Origin: the human T2T-CHM13v2.0 reference genome, Homo sapiens
Assembly: GCF_009914755.1 (NCBI RefSeq)
Contig: NC_060935.1
Strand: one strand, 5' to 3'
Length of the DNA stretch: 64,000 nucleotides
The notes under the pieces were generated by a model. It had not been told where the DNA came from. It did not search any database and saw nothing but the letters and a program-made list of their open reading frames with translations. Shown here in pieces: positions 14,495-29,884 of this stretch (positions within the stretch are counted from its first letter, which is position 1; every line of letters begins with the position of its first letter). The translations under genes were made by a program, and so were the position numbers.

Positions 14495-14965
14495 ATGTAG
14501 CAGAAATGACTAATTGCATGTCAATATCTATTCTCCCCTTCATTCTCAGCAATAGACCTCTAATTTCATTTGGGATGGTAAAGGCATTAGTTACAATACT
14601 ACATTTTTCATCAACCATTGCTGTGAAATGTGGCATAGGAATAGGTTTCAGCCAATAACATGTACACAGAGGATTCCTGAAAGGAAAATGACTCATGGTA
14701 GAAAGTAACCTTTTTCCCTTCTTTACTTTCTTCTTCTGCTGCCTGGCACATAAACATGATGGCTACAGCTCCAGCAGTTGTTTTGGACTTCAAGGTAACT
14801 TGAAGGACAGAAAATGTGTTCTGGGTTTGGAAGAGAAAAATAGAGGGGGCTCCACTCCCTGAGAACCATGGACCCCCCACTACCTGTGGACTATGCATAT
14901 CCACATCTTCTTTGTTTAAGCTCCTTTCATTTATTTATTTTCTTGATATATGCAGGGAAAACAAA
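14495..14965. mobile_element. MLT1-family MaLR LTR remnant
   Basis: cttctgctgcctggcacataaacatgatggctacagctccagcag block. Boundaries approximate. Confidence 0.55.
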
Positions 14966-15144
14966 TCCTCATTGATAAGGAGTAAAGTTTTCCTATTAAC
15001 TTGTCCTATCCCATGATCAAGGGTGTTGCAGTCAGTGGCTTTGAATATCAATGGTTACTGGGAGGTAGGGGAGGCAACAACAAGTAATGACAGCAAGGAA
15101 GCATGTAGTTCTTTCAAAATATGCCTAAGGGTAGCTTCGTTGTA

Positions 15145-15217
15145 GAAAGGGAAGGGAAGAAGGGAAGGGAAGAAACAAAGGAAAGAGAAGGGGAAGGGGA
15201 AAGGGAAGGGAAGGGAA
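15145..15217. repeat. (GAAGG)n purine-rich simple repeat
   Basis: Degenerate aaggg repeats. Confidence 0.85.
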
Positions 15218-15694
15218 TTATTCTTCCCCTTATTTCTGCCCTGCTGCTGTTTTGCTTTAAGATCTCACATTTCAGATAGTACTATTAGTACTATAATTAA
15301 AGTCATAATGGATTTAATAGGAGTTATGAGCTAGCCTGGGATTCTCAGCACACTTTGTAAAATGTTTCTATGGGAAAATGTATTCTTACTCTAAATAATT
15401 GTGCATTTAATATTGAAACAAAGGGCTTTAAATTTTAAAAAATTGTGGATAGCTCAGACTAAATATAACTAAATACAAAACAGTTGTGTTATATGACCTC
15501 ATTAAGTATAAAAATACATATCTCATTGCTAATTAATATACCTATATCTGTATTTCTAGTCATCTACGTTCCCATGTGCTTCCTATATAGTTGGAATTCA
15601 ACCTCTGATACTTTAGTATGCCATAGAGTTTAGGCTTATATTTACAAATTTGCTCCTTGGAGAGGCTGTTTTACCAAAAAAAGTATTAATAATA

Positions 15695-15710
<16 letters not shown>

Positions 15711-15738
<28 letters not shown>

Positions 15739-16006
15739 GAGACATAGTCGCCCTTTGTCACCCAGGCTAGAGTGCAGTGGTGTGATCTTGGCTCACTGCA
15801 ACCTCTGCCTCCCGAGTTCAAGCGATTCTTGTGCCTCAGCCGCCTGAGCTGGGATTACAGGCACTCCCGGCTAATTTTTTTGTATATTTAGTAGAGACGG
15901 GATTTCACCATGTTGGCCAGGCTGGTCGAACTCCTTGCCCTGAGTGATCCACCTTCCTCGGCCTCTCAAAGTGCTGGGATTACAGGCATGAGCCACTGTA
16001 CCTATC
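15711..16006 (-). mobile_element. AluS with an adjacent (TA)n/T28 tail
   Basis: Alu body gagacatagtc...gagccactg, with a small internal deletion. Confidence 0.93.
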
Positions 16007-19000
16007 CCATTCCTATATTTATTATTTTATATTAGTTCATTTATAGCAATGATTTGACAATAAAATTTATTAAATATATAGAGGTCTGTTTCTACTGCTA
16101 GGTCATGTGCTGCTAACGTCCATAGCAATTTACTTATATAGGAAACGTTATGTTTGTATATAGGGCAGGAATCTTTTCATTACCTAAAAGAATGAGCTGG
16201 AAAAAGTAATTAAACACTTAATTTTACCCCAGTTTTTCCTACTGTTCTGCTAAATCTTAATTGTTTTCATCTTAATGTAATTAAGTTTAATTTCTAAATA
16301 CTTTGCATAGAATAACATTTACTACTATTTTTATCAGATATATTTTTGAACTCTTCATGTTCAGCTTATTAACATCTGTGTGAAACTAAAGAAAACTCAT
16401 TAGATATATGTGTTAAAAATGTACATGAGGCTTGTCTCTAATGTGATGTAATTATTTTCCCAAATCTTTCAGGATTTATATATTAAATGAATGCTTCTTT
16501 TATTTAATGTAAACCATTTAGAAAGTCTTACATTTAGTTTGATGCCTTCATTGCAAAAAATACTGTTGTAACTATTCTCTAAGAATAGCAAACTGGACTC
16601 TGATTAAAGGGTTATAATCACTGAATCTTATAATTGAATAAGATCTTAGAGTTTCCAAAAAATGGATGCGTATCACAATCACTTGGGAAGCCTACAAAAC
16701 TGTAACTCAGGAGTCTAAACTCAGAAGATTTTGAGTCAGTACATTGTGGTGGGGCAAAGGAATCTTTATTTTGAATAAGCAACTTCAGTTATGCTATATT
16801 AGTCTTTGGTGCAATTTAACCTTAGAGATTATCAAGCCAAATTCTTACCCATCGTGCAAATGCCTTATATGATAACTCCAAGATGTAATCATCCTAACCT
16901 TACTTAAGGCTTTTTATAAAATATATCATCTCAAGGGCAGGACTGGTGGTGGTGTGGGGAGATAGATTGAAAAGGCAGGAGGCTGTGATGGCAAGTGAAG
17001 ACTGGAAATGAAGAAACCAGTCAGAAGACTATCACAAGGAGACAGGGATGATAAAGACAAAAACTAAGTAACTGTACTAGAGAAAACAATTAGTTGGTAA
17101 AGACATTTCAGAACTGGAATTGAAAGAAATTATGAAGAAGATAGAAGAATCAAGAAGAAAGGCTTTGTAGCTGATAGCAATACTGTTAACTAAGATGAGG
17201 GCTTAGGAAGCAAAGGGTCACATTTCATGGGAATGATATCTAGCTCCAGTTTGAGCATGCTGTTTGTACTGGGTCTGACCTAGTGAGCTTTGAAAAGCTA
17301 TCAGTGTGGAAGTTACAGCTTTAGGAATCATCTTTTTATAGAAGCTGAAAATAAGAGACATGGAAATAAACACAACCAATGAGGAAATTCTTAGATGTGG
17401 ATGAGAGCAGAGCCTAGCAGTCTGGTGTAACACCAATACTAATGAATGAGAGAGGGAGAGAATATGTCAGAGAAGATGTAACATCAGACAGAAGGAAGGA
17501 AGTGTATCAGAAGCCAAAGGAAAGTATTAATTGGATGGCCCACCACAGTCTCCTCTAACAATATCAGTTCTGTTTTACTTTTTAAAATTCTTACCCAAAT
17601 AGCTTGCACAAAGCTTCAAGCTTCAGGTTCACAGATATCTCTTCTGACATTAGATAATTATATGTTTTTTTCCCTTCACTAGTATTAGATTTATTTCTTT
17701 TGAATAAGGGATATTATACTTTCTAACATGAAACAAGGTCTACCAAATCTCAGAATCTTGAAATAATGCTAACCTCATTATGATATAAATTTAAATTCTC
17801 AGTGATAACTACCCTTACTATGTACACAGTTGTACAAATATCTGTGTAGTTATTGTTCCTAACTTCCTTATTTTCTTCTAATCACTGGGCATTTTTTCCA
17901 TCAATGGTTGTATTTTTTATCCCTGTTTCATCCTTACTGTAATGGTAAGTTACTGGAAGTGTATGTAGAGGTTACCTAAGAGTCTAAAGCGCATATAATG
18001 TATAGTTTTATTATGAATTTAATCAATTTAGCATATGTTATTATATTTTAAATTAAATAATCTTGATCATGTCAGTGAAATTCCTTCCTAACAAGCATAT
18101 TGCCATTTCTCTGGTTCTCAGAAAATGCACAGTATTATATTATTTTCTAGAAATGCAGATGAAACATGGATTAGAAAACTGCGGTCCATTTTCTAATAAC
18201 ATCTATTTAGGTATCTATTCACTTTTAATTTTTCTTCCCTTTTATACTTGATTCGTAAGTCTGTGGTTCTCTTGTATAATCCATCTTTTCAAAACTTGAA
18301 CTGACATATATTGAAAAGACAAGTTTTTCTTTTTTTAAAGAGGGAAAGTGAGCTGCCAAAACTATATTGTCCACTTTCATTCTATTACTTCACTAATGTG
18401 TTCCCCATAAGTCTAATAGCAGAATGGATGATCTACTGATTTTCTGGACCCCTAAAAATGATGTGACTCCTCATTCACAGCTGGTACTCATGCTTAGATT
18501 GTTAGTTTTGCAGTATTAATATTCCTGTAGTTACTAGTTTCTAGACTGCTGCATTTTTCAAACCCTGTTCCAAGTGTCTCTTCAGGGAGAGATGCCTGAT
18601 GTTCTGTAAATTGGGCTGAACAAGAGCTCCTTACCAAGCTCCTACATTCCTGTATATTTTGGATAAAGGAAGTTGCTGTTTAGAATCTCTGAGAATAAGA
18701 TGTATGTGCTCTCAGCTGCTGGTTAGGTCATTTCAGGTATACAATGAGAAGGAAGATATAAGATAGATTATAAAAAACTGATCTATTAAAACTAATATGG
18801 GGATACAGAACTGACAAGGGGCTGTTGTGGGTTTCCTCTTTGATATTTGAGCAACAGATCTGTCCAGAGCACAAGGTGTTGACTGGTGACTAACAACATC
18901 ATGCTTGCTTTCCATCTATTTAACTAATAAGCCATCTTTCTGCCTTTCCTTCTTTCTTTACCTCTCTGGATTTGGATCTCATGGATGTTGAACTGGGATC

Positions 19001-19628
19001 ACAGGGTGATACAGAATCAGAATTCTGTGTCTAGTGTTCATATCCCTGATCCTTTAATATTTTTTCTTTACTTAGCCTGAGCTAAAGTTTTTCATCACTT
19101 CCATAATTCAGAGAATTTGAAATGGTGGGTGTCTGTGTGTGCTGTGAGACATTGAGGAAACTCATTTCTCTCTGTAGCACTTACTGTATTTATAATCTAT
19201 TTTGTGGTAGGGGGAGTTTGATTGACTGTATCATTAAGGTCTGTCTTCTCTACTTGACTAGAAGCACCCTGATGATAGGGAGTTTGTCTCTTTTGCACAC
19301 AAACGGGTCCTCAGTACTGAGCACAGTGCCTCACTCATATGGTTAATATAGCATTTTACAAATTAATATATTTTGTATACAATTAAATATAGAATTCTAA
19401 TTCTAGTGCATGGATAAGTCATTCTCAAAAAACTTTTGCGTTGCCTTTAGAAGTCCCAAGTTACAGAACTATTATGTAGTGTTTTAGGCAGAAGTCTAAA
19501 ATCAATTCACTACACCTGAATTTGAGTCTAGTTTCTGGAACCCAAAGAGGGCAAAACTAGATAAGCAGCTCAAAAACTTACTTCTGCCTAGGGACGTGAC
19601 ATGTTTCATATTAGAAATATTCCTCGTG

Positions 19629-19955
<327 letters not shown>

Positions 19956-22900
19956 TTATGACTGATTAATCTAATTTTGAGTAATTCATTGGATCTGGGA
20001 AGTATGTATAGAGGAAAGAATGAGACAGTAACCAGTAAAGTCATTCTTTAGAAAGTGCCATCCAACTATGAAGGTCAGATAGATGTACTTTTCTTAAGGA
20101 GGCTGTTAATTGTAACTTTTCTTTTCTTTTTTTTTTTTTTTTACTTTAGCATAGAAAAAAAAAATAGAAAAGTTCCCAAGTTTTCTTCAAGGAAGGCATA
20201 TTCTACAGTTGATTGATTTTTACCTTAGCACGAAACAAAACATGGCATGATTGCTTTCTCCAATAAAAAGAGAGTCTTTATCCAAGGTGTTAAGCAAGTT
20301 TTATTGGTAACTGCCTCAACAGGAAGCTGCCATATTCCTCTTTATGTCAGTATCAAAAGAAAAAAGAGACTAACATTTATTGAATGCCTACTATATATCA
20401 TGTGTTATTCCAGAAATTTTATGTAATCATCATAATAAAAAATGAGGTAAATATCATTATCTCTATTTTTCAGAGGGGGCAGTATGAAGCTTAATTAGAT
20501 ATGTTAACTTTCTGGGACTGAGATTAAAACTCTGTGGTTATCTACTAACTTATTTATTTATTTTATCTTTGCTACATCAGGGGAGGCAACTTGGCCAGTT
20601 ACTCCTCTGAAAGAAGTCCTGAGTCTATTTAGTAGGAAACAGAATCATGATTAATTAACAATGTCTGCATGGGCAAGGTGGGGCTAGTGGTGGCATAAAT
20701 ATTTGATAGCTTTATCTTGATATAAATCCATGCTTCCTCTTGAGAAATCTCATTGGTTCAAACCCTTCAGCAAGATTTTCGTTCTGGGCTATATGTCCTT
20801 AGAGTTGCTGCCAGAGACACTGATTGATCAGTTGTTTTTCTTGGGTTCCTAAAGTTTTCTAGCATAGAAAATGTTCTGAATGATCATTCATGGGACATTC
20901 CCAACTTTGCTACAGAGTAGACTCACAGCCATCCATTTGTCATTGGACCTAGCCTATTCCCCATCCTTCAAGGTTTATTACACATCTCGTTTTAGATTCC
21001 TTAATAGAATTCCTTCACAGAGCTGAAAATTCACAGCTATAGTTTTTATTTTTGTTTTTTTTAATTGGTTATATTTTATAGGGGAATTTGAAATTGTGTG
21101 CAAAGATTTATTTTATAATTAAGACATAAAGAATGATTTAATAGTACTGCAGAGTACTAAAGGGAAATGTGATCACAGATGCACATTTGTAGGAAATAGC
21201 TTTGAAAAATATGACTTCCGGTCATACTGCACATGGATAAGAGTGGAAAAACACAGCATGTGAATTTAAATAATAAAGCGTGCTGACTGGAATAATTCCC
21301 TCCCTTTCTACTTTTCTCCAGTCCCTTTTTACTAGCTAACTTCTCCTTATTCTTCTACTTTCCAGATTCTCCTTGATGAGTATGACTTTTCTGATTCCCT
21401 GAAGCTGACTGACAGGTTCCTCTCATGTGGTCAAATGGCTCCCTGGGCCTGTACCCGTCATAGCACTTGCATTCTTACTAATTGTGTATTAGTATTGTCT
21501 CTTTGAAATGGTAGATTTAGCAATTTGAGAGGAGGAGACTGTTTCTTTGCTTGTTGTATTTCTAGTGCTAGTCATAGTACCTGGCACACAATAGGCAGTT
21601 AAATAAGTTTAATGAATGAATGAATGATTAACAAAGAAGAGGGCAAGTAAGGAATAAGGAGGCATGCCCTTCATTTTCAGCTTGCACACAAATATTTCCT
21701 ATTAATATGAGCCTTTTACTCTATGTCTCAATTTTTTCATATATAAAATGAAAATAATACAGACTTATCTTATCTATAATTAGGGTTTTAATCTGGAGAA
21801 ACCCTTGCAGAAGAATTCACAGATGAGAAATTAAAGACCAATGACCTGAAAAAGGTCAGTGAAGCAATTTCTCAGAAATAAATTTATAAAATGCTTAAAG
21901 TTGTTTTTGTATTTTATTGAAATAAAACATTAAACTCATCATTTTAAAACCGATAGGGTATCAGTGGAATTTTGCACACATAATAGGAGCTATAATTTGG
22001 ATTTTACGATTCATTTCTATTTATCCTTGCTAGCTTGCCAGACCCTTGTCAAGATCCCTTTCCTGCAGTTTTAGTCAGACTCATAAAATTGCTTATTTTG
22101 CAAATAAGCTGCATACTAAAAAGCACTTTCCTACTGTAGCTGGTCATCCATCCAAATGTTCAATAACTTTCTGATTTTGTGACTCAGAATTTTGCAACCA
22201 CTCTCCAGGCCCCACTATATTCCTTCTGTGTTCCCATATACCCTTGATTTTTTTTTTCCTTTGAGGCATACCAGGACTATTCTAAGACCTGAAATTACAT
22301 TACCTTTCCTAAGGAAGGTTGCAAAATTGTATGCATATTCTGCCACAGATTTTACCTCCTTTTTCTCTTTCCAAGCCTATTTGTTCCTAAATTTTAAGTA
22401 TCGTTAAGTATTCTCCAGTTGAGCTATGGGCATACATTTAACTATTCAAATGCTCATGTTTATTACAGAAAGAAAATATGGGGACAAAGTGCACACATGT
22501 AAGAAAAATGTACAAGGGGAAAGATTAATGCCTCATCCCACCCATTAAAGAGATTGAACATTGTTCACACAGCACAGCTACAGCATTTCACTCTTGAGCA
22601 CCTACACCATTCATACCACTTGGTCCACACTATGGTGATAGAAAGGTAATTGTTTGTTCCTTTAAAATAATGTATTGACCAAATGCTCAGGCTCTGTGAC
22701 TTTACTCTGCTAGTCATTGTATTGAACACTTTATTCTTATTACCTTCTTTAATACCTACAAGGTCCTCATGCGATAGGGACCATTATTTCATCTATTTTC
22801 AGTTAAGGAAACTATTTTCTGTTGGAACTAAAGAGCATTTGAAAGGAACCATAGAAAGAGAAACACAGACATAGAGAAAAGCAGAAGAAATGTAAAGGAA

Positions 22901-24243
22901 ACAGCCAAAATGCAAAAGTCAGATATGCAGAGGAAAAAACTCTACAGCATAGTAATGTATCAAGAGAATTACAATGTCTTTGGGAATTATTGCTGATAGT
23001 TCAGATGGGGAATTAGCAAAAGCTTTAGGAGGGAAGGTGATAATACCTATCTGCCTACATCTCAAGGATTAGTGTGAGGACCATATAAAATAAATTGGAC
23101 AGTGGCATAATAATTATGAAGTGAGAGAAAGTGGAAATGGGGAAGTGTATATACAAAACGGTGTGACTCAACATCTGCTAAAGTGCCTGTTTTATTAGAT
23201 TATCCTTTATTATTCTGGGGAAAAGCCAGGCTACTTTCTCTCTCTAGCTTGTTTAGGTATGTGTTGCCCCAAGTAAATGGTATTATGTTGTCTTAAATTG
23301 TCTGTAAGTACAAGACAGCCCATAATGCTTTGAATTTTTCATCACCTCAATTAATGTGATTTTTTAAGAGGTGTCAAGATAGGAGGAATTTATCTGCTTC
23401 ATATTACTCATATAATATATCAATGCTTTGTGAAGCATTTTCCAAGTAGGTTAGATAATGCAATAGTTAGCACTGTATCATAATGTTTCTTGTTCTAAGG
23501 GGAAAATGTGATAATTTATTTTGGGTAAGCTACATTGACCAAAAACTGAAATCAATGAAATCACATTATTGTCTTCAGTCTGGCCATGTCAGAGTGGTTT
23601 TTGACCACAATGCCATTGTTTTGGTCAGACCACAAATTTATCATTGTGAAGAAGAACATGGTGAACATTTTTCATCGAGTGGTTTCTGGCAAGATGAAAA
23701 CTGGTTTATGTTCTTTTCAGGGACCTGTTTTGATAAGTTCCACTAAGAGAGGGGCTTTCAGCCCTTTTTTTCTTCTTTAGTCAGTGGCGTTTACAAGTTT
23801 AAATATACTGACTTTTTGACTCATCTTGTAGGAAGAAAATTATTAAAAGTTAATGAACGTTGAGAAATTGGAAGAGTAAGAAGGCATTTTAGAATTTATC
23901 AATGTGTAAGCCCTGGAATCTCATTTTAAAAGAACCAGAACACAACATTGTTGTTTTTAGTGCTAACTGAAACAACTTTATCAAGCTAACTGTTTGAAAA
24001 AAAAAAGACAGTGCACAAAATTTTTCATTGCATTTTAGAGATCCTGTTAGAAAGAATCCATTGATTCACAATCACTTCCATATTTCCTGCAGCATCATGT
24101 CAAGGAAAAAGCACTAGTTTTACAGAAAGATGAAACAGGGTCTGAGCCTTACTCTCCTGCTTACTGTGTGATCATGAGCATGGATATTTTCAATTTTCAA
24201 ACTCAATTTTCTGTAAAATGGAAATCATGATTCCAACCTTTTT

Positions 24244-24288
24244 TAAAGTTTATTTTTATAATTTTAATTTTTATGGGTACCTAGTAGG
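24244..24288 (-). mobile_element. Ultra-short L1 3'-terminal insertion (L1PB/L1MA-like)
   Basis: ttttaatttttatgggtacctagtagg resembles an old L1 3' terminus. Perfect 15-bp TSD gattccaaccttttt (24229-24243, 24289-24303). Confidence 0.8.
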
Positions 24289-24409
24289 GATTCCAACCTT
24301 TTTGAGCTGTCAGGAGGATTAGGTGATAGAACACAAACTTCCTATTCTGATAGGTGACAGGTACTCAATACATGGGGATTTCTTACCTTTCTTCCATCCT
24401 GTATTCACT

Positions 24410-25550
24410 TCTTTAGTGAATATTCATTGAATATCTACTGTGTTCTAGCAGCCTGGTATTCTCAAATGAGGAAAATATACAAAAGTTACTGTATTTTGGC
24501 TTATATCCTAGCTGAAGGATCAACAGTATATGATCAGTGAAAATACATTAACACATAAACAATATAAAATAGTATGAGGTGATATAAGAGGTAGAGAAAA
24601 GAAGAGGTAGAACTGGATATGAGGGGGGTTAGTTTGTAGTATTAAACGGGTTGCTCAGGGTAGACATTTGAGCAAGGACTTGAGGAAGGAAAGAATAGTG
24701 GTCATGTGGTTATCTGCAGTAAAGCCTTCCAGGCAGATAACTGCTAGGGAAATTACCCTGGGATAAGAGCCTTTCTGACCTTTTAATGGAAGAACAAAAA
24801 GACCAATGTATTGGGAGGAAGAACCAGATGAAGTGAAGGGAAAAGTAGGTCAGACACATGACAGAAGACCAGGTCATACAAAACAGGAATTTGTAAGTAC
24901 TTTGGCTTTTACTTTGAATGAAATGGGAAATCATTGTAGATCCTTATACAATGGAGTAACATGACCTGGCTTATTTTGTAAAAAGATATCTCTGCCTGGA
25001 ATGTTGAGGAGAGACTGTAAGTAGGGGCAAGGGTAGAATCAAGGAGAAAAGTTAGGAGGTTATTTTCAGAAGAAAGATGATTAATGATGATTGTTAGACA
25101 CTTTTACTGGAGGTAGTGAGAAGTGGTGGAATTTGGGATATGAAGGATTAGCCAATGGGATTTCTTTACTGACTAAAGGATGTGCAAGACGTCAGTAGAT
25201 TGACTCCAAAGTTATTGGTCTTACCTAATGAAAGAACGGGTTTATTATCAGATGAAATGTAATAGTAAGGATAAAGCAGCCTGGGAGATTAAGAAGGTAA
25301 AGACCTGGATTTCAGTGATGGAAGTGTAGAATTTAAGATATCTATTAGATATTCAAATAAATATGTCAAGTAGGCAATGGAATATTTAAGTCTGGAGATT
25401 AGGTGAGAGATCTGGACAAGATACTTTACATCAAAATGTTTATTGTGTAGATGATATTTAATGACATGAATGAAACTGGGTATGATCACCAGTGAAGCAA
25501 GTGTAGACAGAAAAGAGGATCAACACTGAGCTCTGGAGCACTTCAGCACA
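24410..25550 (-). mobile_element. L2 remnant
   Basis: attcattgaatatctactgtg start plus typical L2 blocks. Boundaries approximate. Confidence 0.6.
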
Positions 25551-25999
25551 ATAGCCTTCATTTTATTTGAAATTCATAAATGTAAAAATATCAGTGGCAA
25601 TAGATGCTAGATCCTTTTTGGGAAGGTTATTTTTTTATTTTTATTTTGCCAGTGAGGAAAATATCAAAAGTGTATAATGAAGTGATCAGTGAAACTAGAA
25701 ACCTTTTTTATCAGGGACAATGATAAGATAGAAAAACAAATGGCAGGTGCTGTGTAGTATTGTCACGGCTTACGGCTTTCTGGGATTTCCAAGTCACCAT
25801 TAAACTTCTGCAATTTATTCATTTAGAATCAGAAGGGCTATGAAGCTAATCTAAACGAAGTTAAAAGAGATGTTTATAACAGTAAGCTTAGTTCAACAAA
25901 TAAAAATTGTCTACTCTCTGCCATTGATTGTGCTAGACAGTCATTGACTTAAAGGGATCTTACTTTCAAATGTAGAAGACATTTAATAAACACCTGTTA

Positions 26000-26283
26000 G
26001 GCCAGGCACAGTGGCTCACGCCTGTAATCCCAGCACTTTGGGAGGCTGAGGCGGCCTGACTAACAAGGTGAAACCCTGTTTCTACTAAAAATACAAAAAA
26101 TTAGCTGGCATGGTGGCATGCGCCTGTAGTCACAGCTACTCAGGAGGCTGAGGCAGGAGAATTGCTTGAACCCGGGAGGCGGAGGTTGCAGTGAGCTGAG
26201 ACAGTGATGTGCCACTGCACTCCAACCTGGGCGACAGAGCAAGATTCCATCTCAATAAATAAATAAATTTAAATAAATAAATA
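26000..26283 (+). mobile_element. AluS with ~33-nt deletion of the B-box region and an (AAAT)n tail
   Basis: Junction gaggcg|gcctgac. TSD aataaacacctgtta / aataaacacaggtta. Confidence 0.93.
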
Positions 26284-29200
26284 AATAAACACAGGTTAAA
26301 ACTTTCCCCAAATTTTCTTCTTCATTCATTCTTAAATCAATCCATCTATCTCTCTATTCATTTTTCATCACTATATTTTAAAAACTTTATTAACAGTAGA
26401 GTGATAATAGTATTCTTGAACAGTTAATGCATACGAAACTTTTTGTATGCTATAAAATAGCTCTAATAATCTTATGAACTAGTTACTACTGTTATCTCAA
26501 TTTTATGGAAGAGAAAGCTGACACTCACAGATAAAAATTTCCGTGCTTTAAGTCGCACAATGAGTCACTGGTGGAGTGTGAATTTGAACATGGGCATGTT
26601 TGACTCCAAAACCTTTTGATTTAAACCACTACACTCTTAGAAGAAAATAAAGATGAATTGTTGCAGATTGGTATTTTATGCAGCACAAATTCTCAGCTGT
26701 ACTTTGTTACACTACATTTGCCATAAATTCAACTTCCTTAGATTGTACTGGTGAGTGTGTAATGTAGTGAACTTATCTAGAGAAACCTAAAAAGTGCTTA
26801 GAGACCTGGGAATTCTATTGTTAAACAAAAGTCACTTTCTTTTACAGCTGATCACCATTATGATGTTTGGTATTTAGGAAAGGATAGTTCCCATAATAGA
26901 GGCTTTGATGAAAAAGCGACCGTGAAATGGTGGTGTACTTGCTCTGAATGTTATATTGGAAAAAATATTTTGAGACACACATACATTCCTTAGATATGAC
27001 ATGTATCATTCCTTATGGTCTTTTTTTCTGCCTGAAAATTCATTTCTGCTTTACCTGGTTAGCATCTTATTTTCACATACATGAATTCCCTTTCCACCCA
27101 GAAGCTACCTCTGAACTTCCAAGACCTGGTTAATTTCCTCTCATCAACGTTTACTCCCATCCTAGCACTTTCTTTCCTTCCTTCATTCATTTCTTCATTT
27201 CCTCTCCTCTCTTTTATTCCTTCATTACACAAACATTAAATTGGTTCCTACACTATGGCAGGGATACTTAATGTATTGAAATTGCCTCTTTATTTGCATA
27301 TGTCTCTGCCTAGGCTCTGCGATACTTGGGAGTAGGAAGTGGGGCTCGATCACCATTGTGTGCCCAATACTGGATCTAGTGCTATGTTTGGCACTAGTTG
27401 GAACTCAAATATGTGCTAATGAATAATTTCATCCTTTGTGCCACCACTGCATTTGGTGTGTGGTTTAACTATTGTATGCATTATATGTATAATTTAATGC
27501 AATTATTTAAGTAAGGTTAGGTACCTTCCATTTATATTTGTATCATCAGAACTTAGCACAGTGTTAAAAAAAGAGTAGGAATGTGATAAAATCTTTTGCT
27601 GAATGAATTAATGAATGATAGATAGCCAGCTGTATAGCATATGCTCCTGTTCAGATTACTATCTAACCTAGAAACCAAGAAGCTAGATAGCAGAATTCTG
27701 AAAGCTATTCCAGTTTCAATATTAACAAGAAATATTTATTAAAATTGTAATAATAAACTAAACTTATTTCTCATCAAAACTCATCAGAAATTTCCTCTAA
27801 AGAATCATAAACAAATAATATTTAATAGATGCCAAGAATTTTCCCTCCTTTCCTCATCTAAGTTTAATTATAATAGTCAAATAACACATTTTAAGCACAT
27901 TTGGAATAAAAAATATCAGAGCAGCCTGGAGATAATTAACATGTGACCAGCTTGAAGCCGATTTTTTTTCCTTCTATAATTTCCTGAAAATATGGGGCTC
28001 TAAAATGTGATTGTGGAGAGAGACAGGTAGTATAGCATAAAAACCCCAGAATCATAGCACCTGGGATTTCTTTTCCACCAGTTTTGTGGTCTTGTCCATG
28101 TATAGAATGTTCCTGAGTTTTGTTTCATTCAACTGTAGAATAATAATCTCAACCTTAAAGGATTAAAAAAGGTAATGCTTAAGATAGTTATAATAATTGG
28201 AAATGAAAAGAAATCTTCCCCATGTTTTTATTTAATGTGCTTATTTATTAAAAGGCAAAAAAAAAAAAAGTCCCAAGAAAAGTAGGACAAGCTGAGGAAC
28301 ACAAATTAAATGCACATTTGTAAAAAGAGAGCAATTCCAATGCGGGAGTTATAAAACCTGCCAGTGGTTACACCTCTTGGAGCTCATCCTCTGCTCCCTC
28401 CTTGATTCTTACCAACATCTCTTTGTTTAACTCTGCGGCTTTTTTCCTCTTAAGTGAAGAGACAAATGTTCCAACCTCCAAAGCAATTAGGTAACTCAGG
28501 GAACCAAAGGAACTTCCTAGAGAACGTCCCTATTGACATTAAGCTGTTGATACATATTGCCTTGGATGGAATAAAATGGAAGCGTTTTACAGCTTTGGAC
28601 TTACGTAAGATACATTTCTTTTATGATTGAAAAGCAGGAGATAATGCTAACTTCCTGTCATAGGACTTCCCACCTGGTTACTTCTTGAAAGACAGGCTAT
28701 TTTTGCTCTTTCCTTTTACTTAGTTTATTGGAAGGTTGGCAGCATCTGGTAAGCCCCACCTGTAAGTGTTTCTGTGGCTTTGGACTGGGGACCTAAAGAT
28801 CTTTAGAGCTCTTACTACTTATATCTCCTCCTAAATTCTTTGATACAAAACAAATAAAAAATTCTTTCTAGGACAGTTTTTGCAGATATGTGGCAGGGAA
28901 TGGTGTCCCAGAAAAAGTGTCTTGGCAAATGCTTTTCAGATAATTCTCTGAACGTCTAGCTCAAATTGTTGCCTTTTATTACTTTTTCTCCTTTCTCTCT
29001 CAAACCAGACTACATTTTTCTGAGAACTAATTACCTTGTTCTATTGATTTTAATTCCTAATCAAATCTTTGTTGCTTTTGATTCACATTACATTATCCTT
29101 ACCCAAACCACTGGTAGATTCACATGGATTTTTGCAAAATTTTCTTACCCTTATCCTCTCTTTATAATTCCCAACTTAGTCTTATATTTTAAAATCTTAT

Positions 29201-29343
29201 CTTTTAGTGTTAAATATTTAAATAGCGCAAATAGTATGGAATCATTTAAATTATAAAATTTTTAAATATGCAGAGAAAAGTATATGGTATGGAACAAATA
29301 AAATCTATATTAAAAAATGTTAATATTTTGTCATATGTTTCAA

Positions 29344-29346
<3 letters not shown>

Positions 29347-29378
<32 letters not shown>
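29347..29378. repeat. (AC)16 microsatellite
   Basis: Perfect dinucleotide run. Confidence 0.95.
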
Positions 29379-29381
<3 letters not shown>

Positions 29382-29397
29382 CTAAAGCTATAACTAA

Positions 29398-29884
<487 letters not shown>

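Noticed and set aside
23483-23780. Two overlapping plus-strand ORFs
   Set aside because: No recognisable homology or splice context; the lengths are expected by chance.
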